This document shows, one piece after another, positions 10,673-21,619 of a stretch of 64,000 nt of DNA. Origin of the DNA: Eubacteriales bacterium (lineage in GTDB: Bacteria > Bacillota > Clostridia > Lachnospirales > Lachnospiraceae). Each line of letters opens with the position of its first letter. Positions within the stretch are counted from its first letter, which is position 1. The stretch lies in contig JAUNGB010000020.1 of the NCBI GenBank assembly GCA_030524715.1, forward strand, positions 306-64,305, given 5' to 3'. The position numbers and the translations under genes were made by a program. Below the pieces are notes generated by a model, which saw only the letters and a program-made list of their open reading frames with translations, made no database searches and was not told the DNA's origin.

Positions 10673-10954
10673 TTGGAAGAAAGAAAGGTGTCATCGGTTC
10701 ACAGGCTTACATTGGAGAATCGTCAGGGGGGAACCGTTACAGGGGTTCTCGACGTGCATTCCTTTGACGAGGGAGAAATCCTTCTTCTTACCCAGGCAGG
10801 GAAATTGTCTGTGAAGGGGGAACAGCTTCATGTAAAAAGGCTGAATCTTGAAAAAGGGGAAGTGGATATCGAAGGGAAGGTCAATTGCCTGAATTATCTG
10901 TCTAAAAATACCGAAAAGAAGGAAGAGTCCCTTCTGAAGCGGATGTTCCGTTAA
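10673..10954 (+). CDS. yabP: Sporulation protein YabP
   Basis: HRLTLENR..TGVLDV.SFDE..GEQLHVKRLNLEKG; TTG start after GGGAGG. Confidence 0.88.
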   Translation: MEERKVSSVHRLTLENRQGGTVTGVLDVHSFDEGEILLLTQAGKLSVKGEQLHVKRLNLEKGEVDIEGKVNCLNYLSKNTEKKEESLLKRMFR

Positions 10955-10957
10955 GGT

Positions 10958-11461
10958 ATGAGCAGTTATATTCATTATGAGATTTTCCTTTTTTTGATAT
11001 CAATTGGCCTGGGAGCAGGGCTTATGCTCTGCTATGTGTTCCTCAGAGTGCTTCGCAGGGTGTTTCCCCACCGTGGCGCGGCAGTCGCGGCGGAGGATCT
11101 GATCTATTGGTGCGCTGCAGGATTTGTATCCTTTGCTGTTGTGTACCGTTCCAACCAGGGGATCCTGAGAAGCTTTCTGCTTGCAGGTATCCTTCTCGGA
11201 GCATGGATATGCAGAATTACGGTAGGCCCGCTTTTTGAAAAAGCAGGGACGGCGATTTTGGGAATTCCTGTATTTTTTGCAAAAAAATTCATAAATAGGT
11301 TGCTATTTGTGGTCAAAAGAGGTAAAATTTCCGTGTATCAGTTGGTAAAGCGGAAAAAAAGAGAGAAAAAACCTACGGTTCCGCGAAGCAGGGAGAGCAG
11401 TCGAAAGGGCAGGAAGCTTGAAAAAATCAAACGCAAACCAAACAAAAATAAGAAGACTTAA
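10958..11461 (+). CDS. yabQ: Spore cortex biosynthesis protein YabQ
   Basis: Membrane protein with EDLIYW and NQG.LR motifs; synteny. Confidence 0.8.
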   Translation: MSSYIHYEIFLFLISIGLGAGLMLCYVFLRVLRRVFPHRGAAVAAEDLIYWCAAGFVSFAVVYRSNQGILRSFLLAGILLGAWICRITVGPLFEKAGTAILGIPVFFAKKFINRLLFVVKRGKISVYQLVKRKKREKKPTVPRSRESSRKGRKLEKIKRKPNKNKKT

Positions 11462-11732
11462 TAACGGCATCGGAATGATTGTGATCGGCTGCATCGTTTC
11501 GATTTTGCTGGCGTGGCTGGTAATGCAGAGCAACAGCATGGAAGCGCAACTGGCCGGTTACAATGCCAAGGCAGAAGCATTGGAGGAAGAGATCGAGCAG
11601 GAGAAGGCCCGTACGGAGGAAATAGACGAGCTGAAGGCATACATGGAAACAGACGAATATGTGGAAGACGCCGCCAGAGAGAGACTGGGGCTTGTCAAAG
11701 ATAATGAGATTGTGTTTGAAGAAGAGAAGTAA
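11418..11732 (+). CDS. divIC: Septum formation initiator (DivIC/FtsB family)
   Basis: One TM helix, coiled coil and YVEDAARERLGLV motif. Confidence 0.85.
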   Translation: MKKSNANQTKIRRLNNGIGMIVIGCIVSILLAWLVMQSNSMEAQLAGYNAKAEALEEEIEQEKARTEEIDELKAYMETDEYVEDAARERLGLVKDNEIVFEEEK

Positions 11733-11845
11733 TCCCGTATTTTGCAGAAAACTTTTTATGGACGTTCGTCCCGGTTTGACAGATATTTTAAAAAGTATCC
11801 CTTATAATACCCACTTAATGAAGGACATTAAGGGGAGGGGAGAAT

Positions 11846-13339
11846 ATGCAGGAATGGATCATTGCCATGCTCGTTATCAGTGTGCTGCTGATTACACGGG
11901 ACATGGCAAAAACTATTTTGGCGGGGAGGACGTCTGAAGCAGAGGAGGCTCTGCCTTTGTGTGAAAGCCATCCCCAGAAGGAAAAGGTGGAGCGGTATGC
12001 AGCTTCATTCCAGAAGCTGGCGGATACGTTTTATGGGATGCCTTACCGTAAGGACTATCTGAGCGGAGGCCAGATCGAGCTGATCCTGAAAGAAACCAAT
12101 GAACAGGTCTGCAGTAAGTGTTACCAGAGAGAAATCTGCTGGGGAGAACGTGCAGGTATGCTGTATCAGGGGACGGAAGCCATGGTCCGCGCCATGGAAG
12201 AGGGGGATGAGGAAGCCCTCCGCAAGCTCAGAGGGGACTGGATGAGCGTCTGCGGAAGGTCCGTGCAGTATCTGGATTCGGTGAGGGAACACTTCCAGGA
12301 GGAAAAACAGAACCTTGTATGGGGGAACCGGATGATCGAAAGCAGGCTTGCCGTAGCGCAGCAGCTTACGGAGATTTCTAAAATCATGCAGATGGTCGCG
12401 GAAGATCTGTATGATATTTCCCAGGCAGCTCCGCAGTTTCGGGAAGAACTGTATAAAAATCTCAAAAAAAGGCATGTGGTTTTAAAGCATGTGTGGGTGA
12501 TGGATAAAGTAGAAGGAAGACGCCAGGTCTTTCTTACTATGCGCGCGAGAAGCGGGCAGTGTATTTCCATGACAGAGGTCGCGCAGATTTTGTCAGAGGT
12601 CTGCGGGAGCGCCATGACGCCGGCAGGGGGAAGCCGCTGTATTGTAAACGGGGATTTTCATACTGTACATTTTGTGGAGGATGTAAGCTATCAGGTAATG
12701 TACGGCGTGGCAAAGCTTACCCGGGAGGAAGAAAAGGTTTCCGGGGATAATTATGTCTGCCGCCAGGAAGAGGAAGGCAGGTTTGTGATGTGCCTTTCCG
12801 ATGGAATGGGCTCCGGGATGGAGGCCTGCAGGGAGAGCGAGGTCGTCGTGGAGCTTCTGGAGCAGTTCCTGGACTCCGGATTTTCCCAGGAAACGGCGGC
12901 AAGAATGGTTAATTCGGCCCTTATTCTAAAGGGCAGGGAAGGAATGTTTTCTACGGTAGATATCTGTGCGGTGGATCTGTATACCGGAATCTGTAATTTC
13001 CTGAAGGCAGGGGCGGCGGCAACCTTTATCAAGAGGGATCACTGGGTAGAGGCTATTTCCTCCCAGAGTCTGGCTGCGGGGCTGGTACAGCAGCTGGATT
13101 TTGAAACCTCGTCCCGGAAGCTGTATCACGGGGATTATCTGATCATGATGACAGACGGGGTTTTGGATGCGCTTCCCATGGAACGGGAGGAGGAAACCAT
13201 GAAGGAGATCATTATGGACATTTCGGAGGAAACCCCAAAAGAGATCAGCCGTGGGATCCTGGAGAGAGTTCTTGGCTACAGCGATTACAGGGCAAAGGAC
13301 GATATGACAGTTCTGGTTGCCGGAATGTGGAAAAAATGA
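11846..13339 (+). CDS. spoIIE: SpoIIE-family PP2C phosphatase (short N-terminus)
   Basis: SGD, LSDGMGSG, KAGAA, TDGV and DDMTVLV motifs; CxxC...C motif; synteny before tilS. Confidence 0.85.
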   Translation: MQEWIIAMLVISVLLITRDMAKTILAGRTSEAEEALPLCESHPQKEKVERYAASFQKLADTFYGMPYRKDYLSGGQIELILKETNEQVCSKCYQREICWGERAGMLYQGTEAMVRAMEEGDEEALRKLRGDWMSVCGRSVQYLDSVREHFQEEKQNLVWGNRMIESRLAVAQQLTEISKIMQMVAEDLYDISQAAPQFREELYKNLKKRHVVLKHVWVMDKVEGRRQVFLTMRARSGQCISMTEVAQILSEVCGSAMTPAGGSRCIVNGDFHTVHFVEDVSYQVMYGVAKLTREEEKVSGDNYVCRQEEEGRFVMCLSDGMGSGMEACRESEVVVELLEQFLDSGFSQETAARMVNSALILKGREGMFSTVDICAVDLYTGICNFLKAGAAATFIKRDHWVEAISSQSLAAGLVQQLDFETSSRKLYHGDYLIMMTDGVLDALPMEREEETMKEIIMDISEETPKEISRGILERVLGYSDYRAKDDMTVLVAGMWKK

Positions 13340-13500
13340 GCTATAGTAAACGGTAAGTAAAGCGGACATTCGCATTCCTCTTTGCTGCATGCTCATGAAC
13401 GCAGGCCGTTTTACGCGGGGGAATGCTTATCTGCGTTCAAACACGTTCCAGTGCTGCAAAATGCGAAAGGTAAGAACAACGTAAAGAGAAGGAAAAGGTC

Positions 13501-14973
13501 ATGTACGAAAAGGTCAGAGGATACATCAGGGAGAATCAGATGCTTACCCAGGGAGATACCGTGCTGGCGGGCGTATCCGGCGGCGCCGATTCTCTGGCGA
13601 TGCTGGCGATGCTGGCAGAATATAAAAAAGAAATCAAATTTGATATTCATGTGATTCATGTTAACCACGGCATTCGCGGTGAGGAAGCAGACGGAGATCA
13701 GAGGCTTGTGGAGGAAATCTGCAGGGAATGGGAGATTCCCTGTGATGTTTACCGCTATGATGTGCCTTCTCTTGCTTTGAAATGGAAGGTCGGAACGGAA
13801 GAAGCAGGAAGAATGGCAAGGAAAAAGGCCTTTGAGGAAGAGGGCAGGAAACTCGGGAAGCTGTCCGGGGAAGCCGGAAAGGAACACGGCCTGAAAATCG
13901 CCCTGGCCCATAACCGGAATGACCTGGCAGAGACGATGCTTCATAATCTTTGCCGGGGGAGCGGGCTTCGGGGCCTTTGCAGTATGCGGCCGGTAAACGG
14001 TAAGATAATCCGGCCTGTTTTGTGTTTAGACAGAAAAGAAATTGAGCATTATTTAAAGGAACGGGGAATTTCGTATGCGGTAGACAGCAGTAATCTTGAG
14101 GACGCCTATACAAGGAACAGGATCCGTCATAAAATCCTGCCGTTGCTGGAAACGGATGTGAATCCACAGGCAATCGCGCATATGGCGGAAACAGCCAGGG
14201 TGGCCGCCCAGGCGGAAGAATATCTTACCCGGAAGGGAAGAGAACTGGCAGAGAAGTATCTCTGCCGGGAAGCTGTTCTTTTATCAGAGAAAGAAAGCTT
14301 TAATTTGAAAAAAAGCTTTAGTTTGGAAGAAAGCTTTCTTTTGGGGGAGAGCTTCTTTGAGGCAGAGCCTATCCTGATAAGCTATGGGGTTATGGAGATA
14401 TTTTTCCGGCTGTCCGGGAAGCGGAAGGATTTCACGGCTTTTCACATCAGGCAGGTTCAGAGTCTTTTCGGGATGCAGACAGGAAAACGTACAGAGCTTC
14501 CCTACGGGCTTATGGCAAAGCGGGAATACGGAGGAGTCCGTATTTACCGGATGCCCCCGGACGGACATAAAACGGAGCAGGAAGCGGAATGGGAGATTAT
14601 CATTCCGGGAACTACAGTCTGTTCCTTCGGGGAGCTGTCAGCCAAAATTTTTTCTTATCAGAAGGAGAAGATTCCACAAAAAAAGTATACGAAATGGTTT
14701 GATTATGATAAAATAGAAGGAAATCTGACTGTCCGTACACGGAGAACAGGAGATTTTCTTATAGTGAATCAGGACGGCGGCCATAAAAAGCTGAACAGGT
14801 ATATGATCGATGAAAAAATCCCCCGGGAAGAACGGGATCATATCCCTCTTGTGGCGGCAGACAGCCAGGTTCTCTGGATGATAGGCGGACGGATCAATGA
14901 GAGGTACAAAATCACCCCCGGTACCAGGCGGGTATTAGAATTAAAATACCAAGGAGGATATTATCATGAGTGA
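13501..14973 (+). CDS. tilS: tRNA(Ile)-lysidine synthetase
   Basis: SGGADS, HVNHGIR, AHN.ND.AET and YTRNRIR motifs. Confidence 0.95.
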   Translation: MYEKVRGYIRENQMLTQGDTVLAGVSGGADSLAMLAMLAEYKKEIKFDIHVIHVNHGIRGEEADGDQRLVEEICREWEIPCDVYRYDVPSLALKWKVGTEEAGRMARKKAFEEEGRKLGKLSGEAGKEHGLKIALAHNRNDLAETMLHNLCRGSGLRGLCSMRPVNGKIIRPVLCLDRKEIEHYLKERGISYAVDSSNLEDAYTRNRIRHKILPLLETDVNPQAIAHMAETARVAAQAEEYLTRKGRELAEKYLCREAVLLSEKESFNLKKSFSLEESFLLGESFFEAEPILISYGVMEIFFRLSGKRKDFTAFHIRQVQSLFGMQTGKRTELPYGLMAKREYGGVRIYRMPPDGHKTEQEAEWEIIIPGTTVCSFGELSAKIFSYQKEKIPQKKYTKWFDYDKIEGNLTVRTRRTGDFLIVNQDGGHKKLNRYMIDEKIPREERDHIPLVAADSQVLWMIGGRINERYKITPGTRRVLELKYQGGYYHE

Positions 14974-15487
14974 AAAAATCAGGGTTTTACTCAGCGAACA
15001 GGAGGTCGATGAAAGAATCAGGGAGATCGCAGGGCAGATCAGCAGGGATTACGAAGGAAAGGAAATCCATCTGATCTGCGTGCTGAAGGGCGGCGTATTT
15101 TTTACCTGTGAGCTTGCCAAAAGGCTCACAGTTCCCGTATCTTTGGATTTTATGTCGGTTTCCAGCTATGGCGACGATACCAAATCCAGCGGCGTTGTGA
15201 AGATCGTCAAGGATCTTGATCAGCCGTTAGAGGGAAAAGAGGTTCTGATCGTAGAGGATATCATTGACTCCGGAAGGACGTTAAGCTATCTGATCGAGAT
15301 TCTCAAGGGGCGTAATCCAAACAGCATCCGTCTGTGCACCCTTCTGGACAAACCGGAACGCAGGGTAAAGGATGTGAAGGTGGATTACTGCTGCTTTGAA
15401 ATTCCGGACGAATTTGTGGTGGGGTATGGTCTGGATTATGCCCAGAAGTACAGAAACCTTCCATTTATCGGCGTAGTGGAGTTTTAA
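14966..15487 (+). CDS. hpt: Hypoxanthine phosphoribosyltransferase
   Basis: VLKG, VEDIIDSGRTL and FVVGYGLDY motifs. Confidence 0.97.
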   Translation: MSEKIRVLLSEQEVDERIREIAGQISRDYEGKEIHLICVLKGGVFFTCELAKRLTVPVSLDFMSVSSYGDDTKSSGVVKIVKDLDQPLEGKEVLIVEDIIDSGRTLSYLIEILKGRNPNSIRLCTLLDKPERRVKDVKVDYCCFEIPDEFVVGYGLDYAQKYRNLPFIGVVEF

Positions 15488-15681
15488 CGCAGGCAGGCCG
15501 CGTAAGCGGCCTGCGTTTATGAGAATGCAGCAAAGCGGAAAGTGAATATCCGCGAATATCCGCGGCCTAAAGCATGTTAAAAAATTGCTTTCTGCAAGAG
15601 GCGTCCCACAAAGTTGGGGATGCAGATTGCGGAAAGGAATTCTTAAACACGATACAGCCGGATAGAAAGGAGAAAAGTTAA

Positions 15682-17529
15682 GTGTATAAGCAGTCAAGCA
15701 GGATCAGCCTGTATCTGGTGCTGGTTGTGATACTGATTGCCGGGTATCTGTACCTGAATAATCAGGTAACATTCCAGGACGATGATTACACAATAGGTGC
15801 GCTGGAGCAGGCGGCAGAGGACGGAGAGATCGTGGCAGCGAGGATTTACCAGAACCGTGAGGTACCTACCGGTTCGGTAGTGGCAGATATCCTGGATGTA
15901 GGACAGAAGCGTGTTTATGTAACAGACGTCAACGAGGTGAAGGAGATGCTGGAGGATAACGGCATCGACGTCTCCATAGAAAACGTTCCCCAGGAAAATG
16001 TATTTTTGACTACATTGCTTCCGGTGCTTCTTACCGGTGGCCTGGTCGTGTTCCTTTTTGTTATGATGAACAGGCAGATGTCAGGCGGCAACAGCAACAG
16101 TAAGATGATGAATTTCGGAAAAAGCCATGCCCGTATGATGCTTCCCGATGATAAAAAGGTTACCTTTGAGAATGTAGCCGGGCTTCAGGAAGAAAAGGAA
16201 GATCTGGTCGAGGTGGTGGATTTTTTGAAGAATCCGCAGAAATACACAAAGGTGGGGGCAAGGATCCCCAAGGGCGTGCTGCTGGTTGGCCCTCCCGGAA
16301 CCGGTAAGACGCTTCTGGCAAAGGCTGTAGCCGGGGAGGCGGGCGTTCCCTTCTTCTCCATTTCGGGTTCAGACTTTGTGGAAATGTTTGTAGGCGTGGG
16401 CGCGTCGCGTGTCCGTGACCTGTTCGAGGACGGCAAACGCCATGCGCCGTGTATTATCTTTATCGATGAGATCGACGCTGTCGCAAGACAGAGAGGTACC
16501 GGAATGGGCGGCGGCCATGATGAGAGAGAGCAGACATTAAACCAGCTTCTGGTGGAGATGGACGGCTTCGGGGTCAACGAGGGAATCATTGTTATGGCGG
16601 CCACAAACCGTGTGGACATTCTGGATCCCGCTATTTTAAGACCCGGCCGTTTTGACAGGAAGGTAGCCGTAGGAAGACCGGATGTGAAGGGACGTGAGGA
16701 AATCCTTAATGTCCATGTGAAGGATAAGCCGTTGGGCGAGGATGTGGATCTGCGTCAGATCGCGCAGACAACGGCAGGCTTTACCGGTGCGGACCTTGAG
16801 AATCTTCTCAATGAGGCTGCCATCCTTGCAGCTAAGGAGAACCGTGCTTATATTACACAGCAGGATATTAAAAGCTCCTTTATTAAGGTAGGAATCGGGG
16901 CGGAGAAACGGAGCAAAGTCATATCCGACAAAGAAAAACGCATTACGGCATACCATGAGGCCGGACATGCGATCCTGTTCCATGTACTGCCGGATATGGA
17001 GCCGGTCTATACCATTTCTATCATTCCTACGGGAATGGGGGCGGCGGGATATACCATGCCTCTGCCTGAAAACGACGAAATGTTCAATACCAAAGGAAAA
17101 ATGCTTCAGGATATCACGACGCTTCTTGGAGGCCGTGTTGCCGAGGAAATTATCTTTAAGGATATTACGACGGGAGCGTCCAATGATATTAAACGGGCAA
17201 CCAGCACGGCACGAGCCATGGTCATGAAATACGGAATGTCCGAAGAGGTCGGCCTGATCGCTTACGGAAACGATGATGACGAGGTATTTATCGGCAGGGA
17301 TCTGGCCCATACCAGAAGCTACAGCGAAGAGGTGGCTAAGGAGATCGATAAGGAAATTCACCGGATCATTGAGGAATGCCATGACCGTGCAAGGGAAATT
17401 ATCCTGCAGCATCAGGATGTACTCCATAGCTGTGCAAAGCTCCTTCTCGAGAAGGAAAAAGTGCACCGGGATGAATTTGAGGCACTTTTTACAAGGGATT
17501 TTCAGGAGACTGAAAAAACAGATATATAA
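15682..17529 (+). CDS. ftsH: ATP-dependent zinc metalloprotease FtsH
   Basis: Two TM helices, [14 protein letters not shown], second region of homology, HEAGH. Confidence 0.97.
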   Translation: MYKQSSRISLYLVLVVILIAGYLYLNNQVTFQDDDYTIGALEQAAEDGEIVAARIYQNREVPTGSVVADILDVGQKRVYVTDVNEVKEMLEDNGIDVSIENVPQENVFLTTLLPVLLTGGLVVFLFVMMNRQMSGGNSNSKMMNFGKSHARMMLPDDKKVTFENVAGLQEEKEDLVEVVDFLKNPQKYTKVGARIPKGVLLVGPPGTGKTLLAKAVAGEAGVPFFSISGSDFVEMFVGVGASRVRDLFEDGKRHAPCIIFIDEIDAVARQRGTGMGGGHDEREQTLNQLLVEMDGFGVNEGIIVMAATNRVDILDPAILRPGRFDRKVAVGRPDVKGREEILNVHVKDKPLGEDVDLRQIAQTTAGFTGADLENLLNEAAILAAKENRAYITQQDIKSSFIKVGIGAEKRSKVISDKEKRITAYHEAGHAILFHVLPDMEPVYTISIIPTGMGAAGYTMPLPENDEMFNTKGKMLQDITTLLGGRVAEEIIFKDITTGASNDIKRATSTARAMVMKYGMSEEVGLIAYGNDDDEVFIGRDLAHTRSYSEEVAKEIDKEIHRIIEECHDRAREIILQHQDVLHSCAKLLLEKEKVHRDEFEALFTRDFQETEKTDI

Positions 17530-17603
17530 AATAACCAAAAAAGTGTGCCAAATTTTGTGAGATTTGTGCACACTTTTTCGTTGACCCGTGGTACTATATA
17601 TAT

Positions 17604-17698
17604 CGTAAAAACCCCCCAATACATTATATAGTTTTTGCTACACCCCATAAGAAGAAATACCTTCTCCAAAAAAGACAGCTTATCCCGCTGTCTTTTTT
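17604..17698 (+). ncRNA. Candidate C-rich small RNA
   Basis: Extended -10 TGGTACTAT, hairpin with CCCCC loop, second small hairpin, intrinsic terminator; no ORF. Confidence 0.5.
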
Positions 17699-17732
17699 AC
17701 TTTGTAGAAAATTGCGTACGGTGATGAATATC

Positions 17733-17850
17733 TGGTTGCTGTTCATTCCCAGGTCTTGCATTAACTGCAAGACTATGAGCTAATAATGTATAATTGGTTA
17801 CAGTTCATTCCCAGGCTTTGCATTAACTGCAAGACTATGGGCTGATTATA
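17733..17850. repeat. Two imperfect 62-bp direct repeats with internal palindrome
   Basis: GTTCATTCCCAGG...TTGCATTAACTGCAAGACTATG repeated from 17733 and 17795. Confidence 0.85.
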
Positions 17851-18015
17851 ATTGTCAGGAATTACAGACAAGTTGAAGGTTTGGGTTGTAAGTTGGGTGA
17901 AATTAAGATAAAATAAGAGTATTCAGCAGTGCATAAATATAATATATATAAGATATATAATATATATAGAGGAAAGACAGCGGAGGGCACTGCATATTTA
18001 TTAAGGGGATTGGAC

Positions 18016-20133
18016 ATGAAACGGGAAAGCGTAGACATAACAAAAAAGATGCAGTATATTTTAAACATGCGGCCGGTGCTTAATAAGGACGCGTTGTTCA
18101 GCGACGGTACAGAATATTACAGAAGTCCTGCGGAGCCGAGAGCCGGTGAGGTTGTCATCATCCGTTTCCGTACCCAGAGAAATAACGTGGACGCAGTGTA
18201 TCTGGTAAGCGAAGGCAAAAAACAGAAGATGAAAATATATAAGACCATGAAGGGCTTTGACTATTATGCCGCCAAGATCATGATGCCGGCGAAGGTGTTA
18301 CGTTATCATTTTGAGATCAAGTATGGATGGGTAACCTGTTATTATAATTGTCAGGGAGTGAGCACGGAAGCACATGACCGCCTGGAATTCGAAATTTATC
18401 CGGACTATGATACTCCTGACTGGGCGAAAGGCGCTGTTATGTACCAGATCTTTGTGGATCGTTTTTATAATGGCGATAAGAGCAATGATGTGGAGACGGG
18501 AGAATACCATTATATCGGTGATAACAGCGTCAGGGTTACGGACTGGGATAAGGTGCCTGCGGTAATGGGGGTACGGGAATTTTACGGAGGCGATCTTCAG
18601 GGCGTCATGGATAAGCTGGACTATCTTCAGGAGCTTGGAGTGGAGGTCCTTTATTTAAATCCGGTATTTGTTTCCCCCAGCAACCACAAATACGACACAC
18701 AGGATTATGATTATATTGATCCGCACTATGGAAGGATCGTGGAGGACGCGGACGGACTCCTTGTCAACGGCGACAAGGATAATTCCCATGCGTATAAATA
18801 TATTAAGCGCGTGACAGACAAGAAGAATCTTGAGGCCAGCAATCAGTTATTCGCCGAACTGGTAGATGAGATCCACAGAAGAGGAATGAAGGTGATCCTG
18901 GACGGTGTATTTAATCATTGCGGTTCCTTTAATAAGTGGATGGACAGAGAGCGGATTTACGAAGGTCAGGAGGGTTATGCCCCCGGCGCTTATATTTCTG
19001 CAGACAGTCCTTACCGTTCATTCTTTAAGTTTAATGATGAGAACAGATGGCCTTATAATCCCAGCTATGACGGATGGTGGACGCATGATACCCTGCCTAA
19101 GCTGAATTACGAGGAATCCCATGAGCTTTATGAATATGTGCTCAGAATTGCAAAAAAATGGGTTTCCCCGCCTTATAATGTGGATGGATGGAGACTGGAT
19201 GTGGCTGCGGATCTGGGACACAGCAATGAGTTTAACCATAAATTCTGGAAGGATTTCCGCAAGGCGGTGAAAGAGGCCAATCCCAATGCCATTATTCTTG
19301 CGGAGCACTATGGCAGCCCGGAAGGGTGGCTGGGAGGAGACGAATGGGATACGGTTATGAACTATGATGCGTTCATGGAGCCGATCACCTGGTTTTTAAC
19401 CGGCATGGAGAAGCACAGCGATGAATACAGGGAGGATTTATACGGAAACAGCGACGCTTTCATCAGCGCAATGAAGACCCATATGCGTTCGCTGCACATG
19501 TCTGCCCTTTATACGGCCATGAACGAGCTTTCCAACCATGATCATTCCAGGTTTCTGACAAGGACCAACCGCCGGGTGGGAAGAATTTCCTATGCAGGCG
19601 CGGAGGCTGCTTCCCGGGACGTTAATGTGGCTGTTATGCGCGAGGCGGTCGTTATGCAGATGACCTGGCCGGGAGCGCCGACAGTCTATTATGGAGACGA
19701 GGCAGGAGTCTGCGGATTTACGGATCCGGATAACCGCAGAACCTATCCGTGGGGACATGAGGATCACAGCCTGATAGAGTTCCATAAAAAAATGATCGCT
19801 GTTCATAAAAAATACCGTATTCTTCGCAGCGGCTCCGTGAAATTCCTGTGGAACGATTACCAGGGACTTTGTTATGGAAGATTTTCCCATAACGAACAGG
19901 TGATCGTCGTCATTAATAACCGTGATGAAGAGCGCGAGGCGGAGATCGAGGTATGGGGAACCGGAATTTCACGTTTGCAGGATACCACGTTTGAGCGGGT
20001 GATGCTGACCCACAAGGACGGCTATACAGATGAAGAGGAAAGGATTACAGCCAAGGCCGGGATCCTTAAGCTTCCTATGCCTGCTTACAGCGCGACCGTG
20101 CTGCATCATAAGGATGAGGATATGCACAGGTAG
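18016..20133 (+). CDS. GH13 glycosidase (cyclomaltodextrinase/neopullulanase-like)
   Basis: YQIFVDRF, GGDLQG, SNHKYD, DGVFNH, DGWRLDVA and NHD motifs. Confidence 0.9.
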   Translation: MKRESVDITKKMQYILNMRPVLNKDALFSDGTEYYRSPAEPRAGEVVIIRFRTQRNNVDAVYLVSEGKKQKMKIYKTMKGFDYYAAKIMMPAKVLRYHFEIKYGWVTCYYNCQGVSTEAHDRLEFEIYPDYDTPDWAKGAVMYQIFVDRFYNGDKSNDVETGEYHYIGDNSVRVTDWDKVPAVMGVREFYGGDLQGVMDKLDYLQELGVEVLYLNPVFVSPSNHKYDTQDYDYIDPHYGRIVEDADGLLVNGDKDNSHAYKYIKRVTDKKNLEASNQLFAELVDEIHRRGMKVILDGVFNHCGSFNKWMDRERIYEGQEGYAPGAYISADSPYRSFFKFNDENRWPYNPSYDGWWTHDTLPKLNYEESHELYEYVLRIAKKWVSPPYNVDGWRLDVAADLGHSNEFNHKFWKDFRKAVKEANPNAIILAEHYGSPEGWLGGDEWDTVMNYDAFMEPITWFLTGMEKHSDEYREDLYGNSDAFISAMKTHMRSLHMSALYTAMNELSNHDHSRFLTRTNRRVGRISYAGAEAASRDVNVAVMREAVVMQMTWPGAPTVYYGDEAGVCGFTDPDNRRTYPWGHEDHSLIEFHKKMIAVHKKYRILRSGSVKFLWNDYQGLCYGRFSHNEQVIVVINNRDEEREAEIEVWGTGISRLQDTTFERVMLTHKDGYTDEEERITAKAGILKLPMPAYSATVLHHKDEDMHR

Positions 20134-20276
20134 GCGATATAGTGACGGCAAATTATAAATAAATTTGAAGTTTCCTGTAAAGTGCTTTCATAAAAAATGT
20201 TTTCTATAGAATGCTTTCTATAAAATGTCTCCTGCAGGGGAAAGACTGCATATAATGGTGAGAGGATATTTTCCTG

Positions 20277-21419
20277 ATGGCAGGAGAGAGTATGATCTAT
20301 GTAGTGAAGAATGGAGACAGCCTTTATTCTATTTCACAGGAATTCGGTGTGCCCGAGGAACGTATTATTTATCAGAATCAATTATACGGACAGGAATATC
20401 TGGCAGTGGGGCAGGCTCTGCTGCTTACAGGAACCGGACTGCCCGAGGAAAAAATAAACAGGCTTTATGTAACAGGATATGCATATCCGTTCATAGAGCC
20501 TTATTTGCTGCAGGAGGCAGCCCCGAGCCTGAATGAACTGCTGGTATTCTCTTACGGCTTTACGGCTGAGGGAGAACTGGTACCGCCCATATTAAGCGAC
20601 CTCAATCTGATCGAAACTGCATGGAGGAACGGGGCGGAGCCCTTTCTGGTGCTTACCCCTTTTGGGGAGGATGGGAGATTTAATAACAATCTGGTAAAAA
20701 TTGTAAGTGAAGACATGGAGGTACAGGGGCGGCTGATCGAAAACCTGCTGGATATGGTAAGGGAAAAGGGCTATGCAGGCGTAGATGTGGATTTTGAGTA
20801 TATTCTTCCGGAGAACCGCGTGCAGTATGCGGAATTTGTGGGCAATCTTCGCAGGCAGATGAATGAAAACGGATATCGGGTTTCCGTGGCCCTGGCGCCC
20901 AAGACCTCAGCAGATCAGCCGGGACTTCTCTACGAGGGCGTGGACTACAGGCTCTTGGGCGAGAATGCCGATCAGGTGTTTTTGATGACGTACGAGTGGG
21001 GATACACTTACGGTCCTCCAATGGCCGTGGCGCCCATTAATAAAGTGCGTCAGGTGGTGGAATATGCCCTTACGGAAATCCCGGCGGATAAAATCCTCAT
21101 GGGGATCCCCAATTATGCTTACGACTGGCCGCTGCCTTTTGAGAGGGGGAGCACCGCGGCCCGTACTATCGGCAATGTGGAGGCGGTCAGGATCGCAGAG
21201 GAAAACGGGGCGGAGATCCAATTCGATGAAACTGCCCGGAGTCCGTATTTTACTTATCGGAGAGATCAGGTGGAACATGAGGTGTGGTTTGAGGATGTGC
21301 GGAGCATAGAGGCAAAGCTGCGTCTGGCAGCCGGTTACGGCCTGAAGGGAGTGGGGTACTGGAATCTGATGCGCCCGTTCCGTGCGAACTGGGTGCTTCT
21401 GGATCAGATCATGCGGTAA
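20277..21419 (+). CDS. LysM plus GH18 spore cortex hydrolase (YaaH/SleL-like)
   Basis: N-terminal LysM (YVVKNGDSLYSIS), GVDVDFEY, MTYEWG and HEVWFED motifs. Confidence 0.88.
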   Translation: MAGESMIYVVKNGDSLYSISQEFGVPEERIIYQNQLYGQEYLAVGQALLLTGTGLPEEKINRLYVTGYAYPFIEPYLLQEAAPSLNELLVFSYGFTAEGELVPPILSDLNLIETAWRNGAEPFLVLTPFGEDGRFNNNLVKIVSEDMEVQGRLIENLLDMVREKGYAGVDVDFEYILPENRVQYAEFVGNLRRQMNENGYRVSVALAPKTSADQPGLLYEGVDYRLLGENADQVFLMTYEWGYTYGPPMAVAPINKVRQVVEYALTEIPADKILMGIPNYAYDWPLPFERGSTAARTIGNVEAVRIAEENGAEIQFDETARSPYFTYRRDQVEHEVWFEDVRSIEAKLRLAAGYGLKGVGYWNLMRPFRANWVLLDQIMR

Positions 21420-21619
21420 ATTGGCTGTCCAATAGAACTTTATTACGCCGATCAGGGATTTGGCTGCTTTTTGCTTTTTATGTAAATCTACTATAAATTC
21501 TTGCATATTGTTGTTTTTTTGGACAAAATGGTAGACGAAACAGCAAGAATCTGTTAAACTATACAGTATCTGGGTACGGGAGAAACCTGTATCTCAAGAA
21601 AGGTTAGGAGGAATTTATC

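Noticed and set aside
11846-13339. SpoIIE lacking the multi-TM N-terminus and short MazG as possible pseudogenes
   Set aside because: Both ORFs are intact with good starts; compact forms are plausible lineage traits
17733-17850. Possible mini-CRISPR
   Set aside because: Only two units, the intervening sequences are similar rather than unique, and no cas genes are present
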